Of a stretch of DNA of 64,000 nucleotides, positions 50,226 to 63,838 are shown piece after piece. The translations under genes were made by a program, and so were the position numbers. A model generated the notes under the pieces. That model had not been told where the DNA came from. It searched no databases and saw nothing but the letters and a program-made list of their open reading frames with translations. How positions within the stretch are numbered: the stretch's first letter is position 1; the number at the start of each line of letters is the position of its first letter. Source of the stretch: Hydrolagus affinis (Eukaryota); NCBI GenBank assembly GCA_012026655.1, contig JAAILG010000001.1, forward strand, positions 62,001-126,000, given 5' to 3'.

Positions 50226-51442
50226 CCAATACTATCTTACCCTGTGTGGCTCAGTTTCACAACCAGTTGTAAATTCATTCACCCAGACATCACAACGGCT
50301 AACTAACAATTCCAAAGCATAAAATGGAGACAAAATGATGAATAGACAATAAGTATAGATAGGACAAGTGATGTCCTTCTTTAGAATACGTAGCAACTTC
50401 AATATGAACAACAATCTAGTGACGCAGACTTCAAAGTACAATTTTAATCATTGTACTTTTTCTGCTATACTGCAATGTATGTATTTAATTCCAAGGGTAT
50501 AGTTTTCAAAATATGCATATATTATAATTCAGGAACAGCAGGAAGCCCAGGCTAAATATTCGCCTTCAAGTGTCCCATACACATTTCCTATCATGTACCT
50601 CAGATGTCCAGAGAACAATTATCTTTTAAGTGATAATCTCATAACACAATTTGAACACCTGTGTTATAACATGCGCGCTGCTGTATTTTTAATATTAAAC
50701 AGATCAGTTTGCCTCACTAATGTGGATAATGATGTTTTCAGTTTCAGTTTTTATGTTTTATAAATGCTCAGTAATGCATTTGAAATGTTTTGAAGTGAAT
50801 AAATAAGTTTCTGCTAATTTCCTGGTGTAATATTGCAGTCACATTATTGCACCATGTTGAGTACTTACCTCATAGGTAGATCTTCTGTAAAATGTTACAA
50901 AAGATCTAAGTGCTTTCAGCAGCACAAAGCACGGTAACATCAAAAAAAAACAAGCCATGATTGCAGGATTGGGACCTTAGTGTATCATTGCCTGGCCAGT
51001 GAGAAAGGGGATTTATTGAGGGAAAAACATCATTTATGACCTCTCCAGCTTTGCAAAACTGTTCTATAACTACTTCAGTGACACATGAACATCAACTTGT
51101 TGGTATGTGTGAGACCATCTTGGAAGAGATGGAGGTGCATGGCCGGTTCCATTTGTGGACAGCAAAAATCAACCATCTGTGCACAGTTTTGTGCCTTGTG
51201 TGGAAAGGACATGGGCTGGATGTTCTGTAGCCTATGGAGAAAGGAATTGGGGAGGACGACTAACGGCAAATCCCAAATCAGACTAATCAACAGAAACATA
51301 GGAATGCTTAGAACTGTGACTTGACCAAATTGAAGTGAGGAATTTGGAGCCATCAAAGGCCTACAGTGGGGTTCAGCAGAGCCCTGTTGAGGGGCTAGAG
51401 GTGAGGTTCTCAGTTGCTCATGGATTTCATTGTAACTGTGCA

Positions 51443-51635
51443 GTCCTGCATAGTGGTTAGCGCACTCGTCTCGCCAGCAAGCAAGAGCACCCAGGTTCGA
51501 TTCCCAGGTGAGGCAGGTGAAATCTTAGGCACGTTTCCTTACTCTAAACACACACACCTCTGTTTACCTAGCAGTAAGTAGGGAACCTGGTTCTTAGTCG
51601 TTTGGTGGATCACTTTCTGGGTGTAATAATTATTT
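51443..51635 (+). mobile_element. SINE 5' part: tRNA-derived Pol III head plus central domain
   Basis: A box TAGTGGTTAG (51451), B box GGTTCGATTCC (51494-51504), then AGGCACGTTTCCTTACTC..ACACACAC.CTCTGTTTACCTAGCAGTAAGTAGGGAACC as in 45410-45470. Confidence 0.85.
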
Positions 51636-54619
51636 TCCTTGCTTCAGGGATACTGTATTTCATCCAATGTTGCTTCATAAGGTTTTATTGAGAACCACGT
51701 CAATGACTTCACTGTTTTCCCATTTCATCTCAAAATGTTTGTATGTCAAAATAGAAAATGTGCGATTCACTGCATTGTCGAACGGGAATCTTTTCGAATT
51801 CTTTCTACCACTTTTCAATGCCTAATTTTATCCACTTTGCTCACTTTTACCAAATCAATCCTGTGCAAAATGTTTGCGTGGAGAGCAAATCATGGCCTCA
51901 CAATCTTTGTTAAATTCGTGTTGGCCTCTTTTTCTCTTGAGCCTGATTTGCTGGAATGTGTATGTACCAGTATTCAGGAAATAAGTTACTGGGAATTTGG
52001 GAAAAAAACAAATTTATACCCATTTTCACTAGTTTGTATTGGTTCTATTTTGCATAACGTATATCTCAGGGATGTATTGAATATGTCCATTTCTCTCATT
52101 TATAAATCTAACTAACCAATCATTTGTGATACCACCTGAAATTGTCTGACCCACGTAAGATTCAACACCTTAATTCCTGATGCCTCCTAGTACGCAGGCT
52201 ACTCACATCAGTTTTCACACTTTCATTTGTTTTCACGTTGAGTTTCACGATCAGCGTTGGGCTTTCGTGAAATAGCAAGAACATTTTCATCAGTCAATCC
52301 ATCATCCCGTTAACAATTGTGGCCGAAGCTTCTGTGGGACAATAAGAACCCCCTCTTGGAAAGAGTAATAATAATAATGGTAATAATCTTTTCATCCTGT
52401 AATCCGTATTAGAGAGTCCACATTCAGCATTGGAAATGTGAGAACGGGATTGGTTTTGGTGAGTTGTTCTTTCGTGGTCAAACAGCCTGAACACTGCACT
52501 TGGATGAGGTAACACTAATTGAGGAACTGCACTGCTCCATAGGTCAATAGCTTCAGAAACAGTGGGAAAAAAGATTGGAGAGATGGATGAAACTGGTACC
52601 GTTTAGGCCTGATCCAAGGTTGTATAATCTTCAGTACACTTACTTCTTCGCCAAACCCATATACACAAAACTGCAGAAGTTTTAAACTACACTATGTTAT
52701 TTTTAGTCTTGTTAAAAGTTGTCTGTCTGAAGGAACGTAACTACAGTGTATTTTTAATGGGAATTTCTGAAAACAAAATGCTTTGTTCTATCAGGTACTC
52801 AATCTTTTGAAGATACCTTTCTGCTTTTTAATTTTCTGCACTTTTTGCTCAGTGTTTGAAGGCTGACAGATTGACAGCAAATTAAGGGGCTTCGATTTTT
52901 CCTGTAATCCATTCCATCACAAATGGCATTAGGACAATCTAGAATTTGGGGAGTTTAACATTTCTGACAATAATGGATAATTTTTAATGCAATAGCTTCA
53001 TCCATCTTTTGAAAAATAAATTAGATTTACTATTGACACAATCCACATCAACAACACTTCTATTTACTAAAGACTTTTAGCATCACAATAAATTGAGTTG
53101 CAAAGGCTGAAATACACTGAACAGATTTATTGATTATACTCAGCAACATAGTTTTAATGTGTATAATTTATAGTGCATAGGTCATTTCCTGATAATACAC
53201 ATCTGAAAAACAATCGAAAAATAGTGTTTCCAGCCACATTGCACCAAGCATCTTCAAATCCTGTGCTACTGTTTTCTTTATTAGCATTTGCCACATCAAT
53301 CAAAAGTTGCTTTTTAATAAAAGCAATATTTAATATTCATCGGATGGGTTATAGAGCCTAACAAATAATTGGAGATGAATTTAAGGAAGTGTTTTGTGTT
53401 ACGTTAACATTCATGTGCCTTTTGAGCTTCATGTTTTTTAAATTAAAGTGATTGGTAATTGAATGAATGGCTTGTAAATACTGTCTTATCTCTACTGTCA
53501 ATAATGAACATTTGATAATTCTAGATAACTTCAAGGAGCTAAATCCTGAAAATTGAAACAAAGCTAAGACATAAAGGATGCCAGCTAAATAGTACTGAAA
53601 AGCAAAGAGGTGCCCAATATTGGTCTTGAAACATGTTTGGTGTTACCTTCGTTTTATTTTTTAAATAAGCACATTTCTATTTATTTTTCCTGGGCACAAA
53701 ATTGTAAAAACAATTAAAATATGTACTCTCTTTTAATCTGTTTTTTTTAACAATATGCAGCATCGCTGTAACCTCCAGTACTGAGGCCAGAGAACAATGC
53801 CACCTCCTGTGCATATCTGGTACTGATACAAGTGGCAAACTGTTCATTGAGACTGCAAGCTTTTTGCTTTGGTAATCCAGATAATAAAAGCAATAAAAAT
53901 ACATTTAGAGTCACATTTGCGTTACTCAAGATAATAAAAGGGCCTGAAATTGGCTTTGAGAATAGGCTGTGTACAAAGATGATACTGATTATAAGGAACG
54001 ATTTATTTGACATAATAATAGTGTTGTATTAGAAAATGCACGTAATCTTTGACCAAAAATCTGACATCATATTTAATCTCGCATTAGATAAGTGCTACTC
54101 CATTTCATTAGTAAATTTGCAAGATAATTTCAAAGAGTTTTATATCTTCGTATTTTTTAAAGGACTGAGGTCATCCTTTTTACCTTTTTGGAATATTTCA
54201 TCATTATTACTACTACTCCTACAATGGAACGATTTTGAATTATGACTTCAAACACATTGTGTAGCATTTAGTAGCTAAAGAAGAGGCAACCCCTATGTAT
54301 TTTGATGGGCTTTGACATATTTGTAATCATTCTAGAGTTTGATAAATAAACTGCAGCAGATAGGCCAGAGTGACAGCACTGGGATTCAGTTCAATCCTCG
54401 GTTATATTTCAATGTAATGAATATACAAGTCTTCAGTGTTAAGGACACCTTTGTGTTTTTAAGTGCCGGCAGTAATCTAAGTGTTAAATTTGTGAAATAT
54501 CACAGAAGAGAGATACTGCCAGAAATGTTGCACATTAGTGTCACAAACAGTTTATCCCATCAGCTATGTTACTTAATGCAGTTATCAATACAAGTAGCAA
54601 GAGTCTGTTGTAAGAACAA

Positions 54620-55380
54620 TTAGAGCAGTCCGCAGTGACACACATTAGAGACATCTGAGTCATGCAAATAAAGTGCTTGTAAATCTAGATGCACTACATG
54701 TACCAGCTCCTACATCACTGGGCGTGTGGACTGGACACAGCCCTACTGGGGGAATTCACACCTTATGGTACTTTTCTCCTCGTCCAATTCACGGGAGAGC
54801 GGTGACAGCCTGAGGGCGCATCCGTCAGAAAGCCAAAGCTTACATTTAAATGTCAAGCTTACTGCAAACCTCTTTACACAGTCACATTGCTAGTCACTCA
54901 GAATTAAGACTTCATTCAGATTAAATAGGCCTGTACAGTGCTTTCCTATTTATTTGAATCAAGGTAGGCCACAATGGGAAGCAAACCATCTCCGCCTTTC
55001 CTTCAAGTGTTTTTAATTAAAGGGGACTATGTCATCATTTAGGGAAATTGTGTCAGGCAGAAATTGATATGGGGTATCTGATGTGATTGTAGCAGAGGAG
55101 CCCCCAAAGCTTTTTCAATAACAATTGCTGACACTAAGTTAGCTGCATCTGAATCAGACCCATGTGTTTACAGTCATCGATTTCTCTATTGCTATTTTTT
55201 TTCTTAAACAATGACACAGGCCTTTTAAGTGCTGAAGCAGAATCTATCATTCTTCGCTGGCTGCAATAAATTGTAATTGGTGTGATTAGTAAATGGACAT
55301 TAAAATCTTGCTAAGAAGGGGAGCAATTTAATAACTTCACATAAGTCAGGAAGTTAGGTCAAGGTTTCATTGCAGTTTTT
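54620..55380. promoter_or_regulatory. Candidate enhancer block
   Basis: Overlapping AP-1 TGAGTCA (54656-54662) and octamer ATGCAAAT (54662-54669); TGACAG/TGTCA sites, ACAATG, TAATTA; CpG patch near 54780-54825; no repeat recognised. Confidence 0.35.
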
Positions 55381-58299
55381 GGACCTGTATAACAAGCTTA
55401 CTATTTTCTTACATAATGTAAAGTTATCCTCCATTTAAAGGAGATTTAAAAAAAAGTTCCAGATCCATAAAATATCTCTTCAATTGTCGTATCCTCGGAA
55501 TGAAGTAAATAAAACACACTAATCCATCTCATTGTTTTGTTGTTAAAATTTTAGTACTCAGAGGATTGTTTTCAGACACAATGGGTAATATTGCCAAGTG
55601 TTAATAACCTGACGCATGAGATGGGTGACTTTAGATTATCATATCTGTCAACCTTCAGTGCATCACCGGAAGAGATATTTGTGAAAGAAATTCATGAGAG
55701 AGCTACAGATCCAATTTGAGCACCCGTGAAATGATTCTAAAGTGCTCAAGTCTGATTAAAAGCATGCATTTGTTTTCCATTATTGATGTGTGAGTTTTAC
55801 TCAGTTTGTCGAGTTGCAGACTTTGACTGCCGATAAGCATAGCTTTCAAATAAAGGAATCCAATTCTGGAGCATTTTGTGGAGAAATTCTGGAGTTTTAC
55901 TTAGATGTAATGGAATCCAATATAGTCCTGCCTCCGCTGTGTTAATGATTACCTTTGCTCACACGCTTAAAGCAACTTAAATCGCAGTGCAGACACAGCT
56001 TATGTGACTGAAGGCTGTAGTCACCCAACTGTCAGGAAATTTATTTCGCATTGACTTGAGGTCTGTTCAAATGGAGGCTGGAGTCATTCTAACACAAATT
56101 AATCTAAATAAAGTTACTCTGTGGTAAATATAACCATCGTTTATTTTCTTATAGTATTCATTTGTCAGCTCACTTCCTGACCAATACTAATACTTTCTGT
56201 ATGTATGTATTGATAAGACACAATGTCAAATTATTCAGTTCCTACTTGTGGTTTAAAAACGGTGTATATATTGTACTGACTAGTTAAGACTATGCTCCAC
56301 TGTCAGTTTCTCAGTCAGTTACTTTCATTCAGCTCACATATTTTTTCAGCTGTGTATTTTCCATTACAGGTTTCAAAATATGTATTATAATATATTGTAT
56401 GGATTCTACCATTCAATAATAAGTTAAATCACAAATAAATTGTTTCTGTATTGACGGAATCATTCTCTTCCATTAACACAAAAAAATTAATAAGTAGACT
56501 ATGCATTCTCTTTGGCTTAAAAATAACTACTCAGGCTCATAAAGCTTAATCAAGATTCTATGTAATTTTTTACTTAAAGTGACTTTGATTGACATTCAGA
56601 ATAAATAACTGTTAATAATGAAGTAAAAATGTTCAATATTTTACATATACGGGCTTGTTGAAAATTCCCTTGTTTCAGGGGAGAGATAGTCTGTTGATCT
56701 TTGAAGACAGGAAGATCTGAATGTGTAAGACACAAGAGAAATGGAAAAAAAATACGCTGCGGTTTTGCTTTGGATCCCACATAGAAAAAAGATTCCCGCG
56801 GACCCAGCAGATTAAGTAGTAAATGACATTAGGTATCTATGTACCAGCAGGTATGGAGATTTCAACAACACTAAACCCTACTTCTCCACATCTACCAGCC
56901 ACTCACTCTGCTTACTGTTCTTTGCTTCCAAACATAACACAATCACACCAAGAAAATCTAGGCAGGCTACTACGTAAGTTATTGCGGACACCCTTTGAAA
57001 TCCTTCAAAAAAAATTGACTCAACTTGTAGGCAAAAAACAGGAGCAAAAACAAATGAGGTGAAAAATGCATTTTTCATATCATAGACAAGATAGCTGTTA
57101 GTGAGTTGTAAAACTGCAACTCGATTGAAATGTTCTGATAAATGCAGTTTATAAACATTATAGTGGGACTCTGAGCTCAAGGTATTTGTTTAAACTCAGC
57201 ACCATTTGCCACCCTGCGTAAGATATAAGCACACTTTTTTTTGTTAAAAAAAAAGGTTATTGTGGCAAGCTTTTATGGTTTCTAGCACCGGGAAGCATTG
57301 AGTATAGTTATGCAGTAGTACTGCAACACAGACAAAAGGGTCACACAGCTCATAATGACATCTGACCTGGGGGAAGATGCAAATCATGTGGCAGATAGCA
57401 CTGTATTTGCAAGTTAATTTTGAAGTGACACTCTACGAGAGAAAACGTCAACGATTATAAATATGGATTGACTATTGTCTAAATATTGTGCAGGAATTGA
57501 TCTACTTGTAGATTTCATTTATTTTCCAGCATTCGTTTTCTTTCAATTTGTTAAATTTGTATATATTTATAATATATATCTGTTAGAGTATATAATAATT
57601 CTATTCCTGCTTGCCGTTATCCTTTATTTAATTACTCAAAATTATTTTTGCAAACATTATTCAAATTTATTATGTGGTTGAAAAAATGCTACTGTGATAG
57701 TCTGCAGAAAATAAACTGCCCTGAGGGTTAATACAGTCAAGAAGTAAAGAAGTGTTTTGGACATGTACACAACATATGTTTTACTGCTATAATTAAATGA
57801 GGTGGACTGGGACTTAATACATATGGACTTTGAATTGCCTAAATTTAGATTAATACTATTTGAAAACTTTCTACCAAATTAGACACTGAAAGGTTAGATT
57901 TGTGAAAGACAATGCACAGACTTGCTACACAGTATAACCATCGACAGTGATCCCAGGAAAAATACCAAATCATTTTTTTTTATAAAAGAAAAATGACATC
58001 TTTAAAAAGAACAGCTGTTTTTTAAATAGCAAAAACATAACATCGAAAGTAGTTTTTGAATAATGGAAAAAGCTGTGACATACTGACCCTGGCTAACAAC
58101 AACATGTTCCAAAAGTCGAACTTTTCCCGTGGGCGCACTGCACCCCCTTTCCCCTCTCCCCCCCTCCCTCCCTCCCTCCCTATCCACCCCCTACCCACCA
58201 CGAGCACTACCACCACAGTAGCAACGAATTGCCTATTCTCCAAACAACAGTAAATATTTATCAAACATTAACTCACAATTGTGGACAAGCAGCCAGAAA

Positions 58300-58500
58300 A
58301 GAATTTTCACAAATTCAGGAAACACTTGAGAGGTAAAACCAACATCCTGAGACAGGAGACAGGCAAGCCTTTGACACCAGGTTGGTGCTGAAACGACTGG
58401 AGAACCTTTAGACAGGAAGAGCCTGTCGTTGGGTCAGGACAAGAGGGACACAGAAACAAGGCAAAGGCGAACAGAACTTTCCATGCTCCATCACTACCAA
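58300..58500 (-). mobile_element. LINE fragment related to the 3300-3700 element
   Basis: Minus translation LQSFQHQPGVKGLPVSCLRM parallels QSFQHQPKAWDPFMFYRMM near 3570-3630. Confidence 0.4.
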
Positions 58501-59913
58501 TGAGTTTTTTTTTCATGGGAAATTAGTCTTCAAGAGTTTAAATTTGCTGAACTATACGAAAATCGAAACTGGAATCAGCAGTAATTGTATTACTGTAGAT
58601 GCCTGCTAATGGGTACCCTGTTAATATGAATGTTCATTTAAAGGGAACATTTGCTCAGGCACCAATTAATTCCCCATACATTCTTCACTGTTTGCTTAAT
58701 CAAAATGATTGGATAAAGGAAATGTTTTCCTTGCCACAGGGGTGATCTTACTTTGAGGCCTTTATTGTTCTGAAAATTATTTGGAATCATTTGCGGAAAA
58801 TAAGAGATGCGAATTGCTGCAAATTGATAGATATTTTTTTAAAAACTTGCCTCTCGCAAATTCTATACCGTGTCAGCCTTCAAATTCTGAATGTGACGAA
58901 CACTCACGTTTTACTCCAGGTTTTGAAAAAGAATATTTTTTTTTAAAAAGGGAAAAACAACAAATATGTTGTTTTATATCTGCTGGGATTTGTTTCCCAC
59001 TTCAAAATTATCCCTGGTAGAAATTTCTCTTATTAGATGTTTTAAATAATTGTTACATCCCCCAATTTTTTTTAAAAAATTATATAAAATAATTGATGAT
59101 GCAATGTAAATGGTAACATTGTGAAAAAATAGCTATTCTGCTCTGTGAAGAAGAGAGTGACTCATACATATTATTGCACTGGTGTTAATAGTTTGTTGCT
59201 GGAAACTACATGGAACTACTAATGACTGGGGTCTGAAACAATGGAATAAAATTACAGGCAAGCTGCCATTAATAAACCAGAAAATAAATCCCGGTTCCTG
59301 CACATTTTTGAAAATGTGTGGCGCTCTCAGAGGTCCTTTCATTTTAACCAAATCAGGGAAACTTGTCCTCAATGCAGTGAGGCAGATGGAACAATAAATC
59401 ACGGAAGCCATCGACTGCCTGCAGTGTGCTCACCGCAGCTGTCACTTTTTTGTCTCTTTGGTTTTAGCTGACATGGTTTTAGGTCCACTGTGAACCAATC
59501 TGGACTTTTTTTACAGTCATATCCATCAAACTGGCTAGTAACCATCAACCTACTGCAGCGATCGATTCGTTCAGTTATTCTCACGCATAGCCAATGCTGT
59601 GCTCTCTAGGTGAGACATGGGAGACGCACCTCATTTTAGCTTTTGCCTGAAGCTACAGCTGTGATTTCAGAGCAATCTTTGCCAACGTTATTAAAGTTGC
59701 ATCATGATGAAGATCAAGCAACCCAGATTGCATGATTTCTGACAACCCTCGCTCGTCCTCCCTCCCCTACAAAACAAGCAGTGTTATATATCTCGCGCTG
59801 TAACTAAGACATTGTCTTCAAACTTTTACTCTTGTGGTGTAAAGAAGGATATTTTTGTGTATAACCTTAGCTGTCGTTATAAAGGTCAGTCCTTGACCAT
59901 CAGTTATTATTTC

Positions 59914-59932
59914 TGTCCAGTTGGTGGCGCTC
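59914..59932 (+). promoter_or_regulatory. CTCF-like binding site
   Basis: TGTCCAGTTGGTGGCGCTC; core CCAGTTGGTGGCGC has one mismatch to CCASYAGRKGGCRS and lies in a CpG-retaining region. Confidence 0.5.
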
Positions 59933-62419
59933 TCGTGTCAGCAATCCTTCAGTTTGGGTATAATGACATGCACTGTGCCAAACTAGCACAGGAAAAAGAT
60001 ATAACTCTCTAAATTAAAACCTGAATTAAAACCTGCTGTTTCCTCTGCAATAATGTGAAATGTGATTTCAGCCACCAAGAAGTCTGCAAAATATAAATGT
60101 CACCTGTTTTTAGTGATGTAAATCCCTGAAGTGGATTGTTACACATTTTATACAGTTTTCCTTCCACCTTGTAGCGGAAGTTGAAGTGTTTCCAATTTCA
60201 TAGTAATGACCTTTAAAACAGATTTTGAATATCATAGTAATTAAACTGTGTCATACAACTTTTTTGGGGGGTGGGGGGGGGGGGTAGGGGTGGGAGGTTG
60301 GGGGCGGGTAGCTCCCAAAGAAGGGATAAAATATCTTCGCAACCTATACCAACATACCGCACACTATTGAAACTGTTTGCACAGACTCTTCAAGAGATTT
60401 TCAAACAAATCCTATTGAATCATTTAAGGCATCTATTGTATCCTATGCAGATTAAACTTTGCTCCATTTGAGACGACGGGGCAGGCTTGGCGATTTGTAC
60501 TACAAATACGAGTGGACAATGGATTGCCGTCCGTTGCGTTTGTGTGTGTACGCTTACATATAACATTTTAATAACATTATCAGTAAATTGTTTCTGCCAA
60601 GAAAAAAGATAAAGGAAGGCCGGTTGCCCAGGTGTCATTTTCTATAAGTGAAGAAGTCACAGCTTTGGGAAGTGCTGTACTTTCTGGCAGCACTTATGTG
60701 ACACTTTTCTGTGTAAAATCCATGACACATTTCCAAATACCAGAAGATGCCTATGCAGCTCAGGGGAGTCCTTTGCTGTGAGTGAAATGTAAGGTCACAG
60801 ACATGCCTTGCTATTTCAAAAGTTGCAGAACTGTTGTGTTGTTGGAGGTTAGTAAACCGAGCACAAAAGCTTTCTGCAGCAAAGGGACAGGGGAAGAGAT
60901 TCTTCATAGAAAACATTCACTTCAGGGTCTCAAAGCTCTGCTCTTGGCAAAACGGAGGTCAAATTACCTATGTAGATGTGCAGCCACTGTTACTTTCAAT
61001 AGAAAAAGAAAAGGCAGTCTTGGTCACTCTTTCACCTGGAATCTCTTCATCTCTTTTTACGTCTCAGCTCAGAGGGCCATTAATTCCTCTTAAAGCTTCT
61101 TTTTAAGCTGGGGGGGGAAAAAAAAGTTGAAAGTAAGATATTAACTTTCAGGTTCTGAAAAGGGCCTCATCTCAGCCTTTAGATGCTCAAGTACCATCTA
61201 TCGCTAGTGTGAAATCCAATAGTATCAGAGAAAGGAAAGCCAGCTAATTAGTGGCAAACAGATGAGAGCACATTCATAACAGGCTATGGTCGAGATGATG
61301 AATGTCGCTATGCATCTTGTAACATTTACAAGGATACTGAGAAGGCAAGCAGGGTGTGATAACATGGCAGGAAGCAGAAGAATGATTCATTCCTTCATAG
61401 TCTGCCCCATGTTCCATGGATCACTGACCTGTCCTAAAGTCCCATAAACTGCTAGTCAAAGATGACATTGTTCAGCCTTCTCACTAAAGTCTCTGAAAGA
61501 GCAGTGCAGCGTGCAAACTGAGGTCCAGTTATTGTCTTTTAAACTAAACTGTAACCCGATGTATCCTGGGCTTCTCTTGTGATTGTACCTTAAAGTCTTC
61601 TTTCTTTAAAAATAAAGCCAATAAAGAACAGTAAGGAGTGGGGAGTGGGGAGTGGGGTGGGTGGGGGGGGGCCTTGAGATCTGTGCAGGTTCTGAAGGCA
61701 ATATCCCTAGTCAAACAAAAATGTAATAGATGCGTTATGACAAAAATTCTGTGCATTTACCTCCCAGCTTTAGCTTTCTGTTTTTAATGTGCCTGCTCTG
61801 TCATTCTGTCAAAACTTTTATTAGCAATTGCAGATGTCCCTGTGCTGTTATAATACATTGGTGTTCAATGTGCCCCATTATTGATATACTGTAAGGAAAT
61901 AAAAAAGAATAAAAATGGCCTTAAATTAAATGCCTGAATGTTTACAAAGGAACATGACGTCCTTAAAATGATTGTGGAAAATGGGATTGTAGATTCCTGC
62001 ACGCATTTCTTTAAATGTTTTACAATCAGTGAAAATGTGTGGTAAACAAAAGAGAAAATTAAATATTTTTGAAACAAACGAACAGCGGAGAGAAAGCCAT
62101 AGAAACCAGTGTCCCTCCTCGAAGTGGAATTGTTATAATCTCCTTTATTGCAGAATGCATGTGTATCAAGTTCTCTTCAAACGCAAACTTTTGTGAGTTT
62201 GAAATTAAATTTTGGCAGCAGAACACAGTGCGGTTAATCTACAAAACTGGCAAACAGCAGTGCATCATGAGTAAAGATTAAAGGAATGTAATCTCTGAAT
62301 TCTGCAGTTTGTACATTTTTTGTCCCAGGAATATCTTGTCTATTGGTAAGGATTTAGAATTTCAGTTATCTACAGGACTTCAGGAGCCCCGGTTTGGCTT
62401 TTAAAAGAAAGCCACCTCT

Positions 62420-62960
62420 TCGATCCTTTCCTCACGCATCTTCATGTGACAAACCGCGATGTCACATCAGCGTGTTTCCCTAACTTGTCTTATTTTGCGC
62501 TACCGAGCCGAGGCATTGTTTCAGGCAGGAGGTGACATGTTAATAGCTTAATAGTATAATCTCACAAATGATAATATGCTGTCACACCGTCTGAAGCAAA
62601 ATGTTTACAAGAAAAGTGGTAATATATGATGACAGTAATTTGAACAAAAATGAATTTACTGCTGTTGTCTCATTTGCAGTAAATTTTCACATCTTTCATG
62701 CACAACTTGCGCTCCGTGACCTCATCTCATTATTGTGTTCTGTGTGGCTGATGAATGCTTTAAAGTGAAAGGCAGGCAAATGAAACAGAAACCTGCAGCT
62801 TAATAACTGATTTCAGAAGTTCGCACTGTGGTTTGAATGAATCTCACTTAATTTGTTCGGCAGACAGATGTGGTGTCAACCTGACTGATTAATTAATACC
62901 AGCTAGAACTGCCCATTAAAATTCAGGCACTATCTGATATGATTATGTTTTGACAATTTA
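62420..62960. promoter_or_regulatory. Candidate conserved enhancer
   Basis: CpG-retaining; inverted ATGTGACA-N8-TGTCACAT (62444-62467), AGGTGACA, TGTCACACC (T-box/MEIS-like), TGATTAATTAAT. Confidence 0.4.
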
Positions 62961-63767
62961 CAAAATTATTTTCCATATTAAAATGTGTTAAAAAAAATCA
63001 GCTCTCTTGTGCAATGCTTAACGGAATTGAAAGACTCGGAATCTCAGCTTCCTTCCACTCCGATGAAATAGAGCTTCACAAAAAGAATGATGATGTTTTA
63101 CTTCAATGCTAAGCTAGTAACAATCACGAGTGCATCCTTTTAGCCACACTGGAGTATTTCATTGCAAGGAGAATACGGAGCCTCCCACAAGCACATTGTA
63201 CAAGTGCCATAGATATGATCTCTAGAGCAGGGTGACATCCTAACTAATACATGGATTAAATCCTCCCTGCTCAGAGGGTTAGAAGTTCAATAATTACAGT
63301 ACATTCATTTCATCTTCTGGGAAGTGCATGTTGACTCAATTCATTTTGGTTTAAGACTGCTGTACAATACCGTTCACCTTTTTTTAAAAAAAAGAACAGC
63401 AGACACCAAATCTGACTTTTGTCCCTGCTTTTGTGAGCAGCCGTTAGTTAAAACCCCAGGATGAGTTTTTAATGAGAGTTTTATTTATCAGAGAGTGAAA
63501 GTGAAAACAGCATTAATGCAATGTCTGAGGCCACACGATGAGGGAACATGCATCAATACACTCTAATGTATAGAGATTGTGGGCTCGATTTTTCACTCAA
63601 TTACAAAGCAATCTCCACTTCTGTCATAGGTACAAGTGGAGAGTGTGCATCTGCAGTAATATCATGGTAGAGTACTTAGCCCTGATCCATCTGTGTTGTT
63701 GCAATGGGATTGTGGAGCAACAACTGTGCAGAGGGATAGATGTTTTTCCTTTGGAAGAGGACAGCAC

Positions 63768-63838
63768 TAACAACAACAACAAATTGTATTTATGTAGTGT
63801 CTTTCACGTCGGGATGACATCCCAAAGTGCCTTTCACT
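63768..63838 (-). mobile_element. L2/SINE 3' tail, (TTG)n type
   Basis: AACAACAACAACAAATTGTATTTATGTAGTGTCTTTCACGTCGGGATGACATCCCAAAGTGCCTT. Confidence 0.7.

Noticed and set aside
51443-51515. tRNA gene
   Set aside because: A and B boxes are present, but there is no full cloverleaf and the sequence continues into the SINE body shared with 45410-45470.
51735-52115. 126-aa ORF as a gene
   Set aside because: Composition (F/L/I/C/S-rich) is typical of translated T-rich non-coding DNA.
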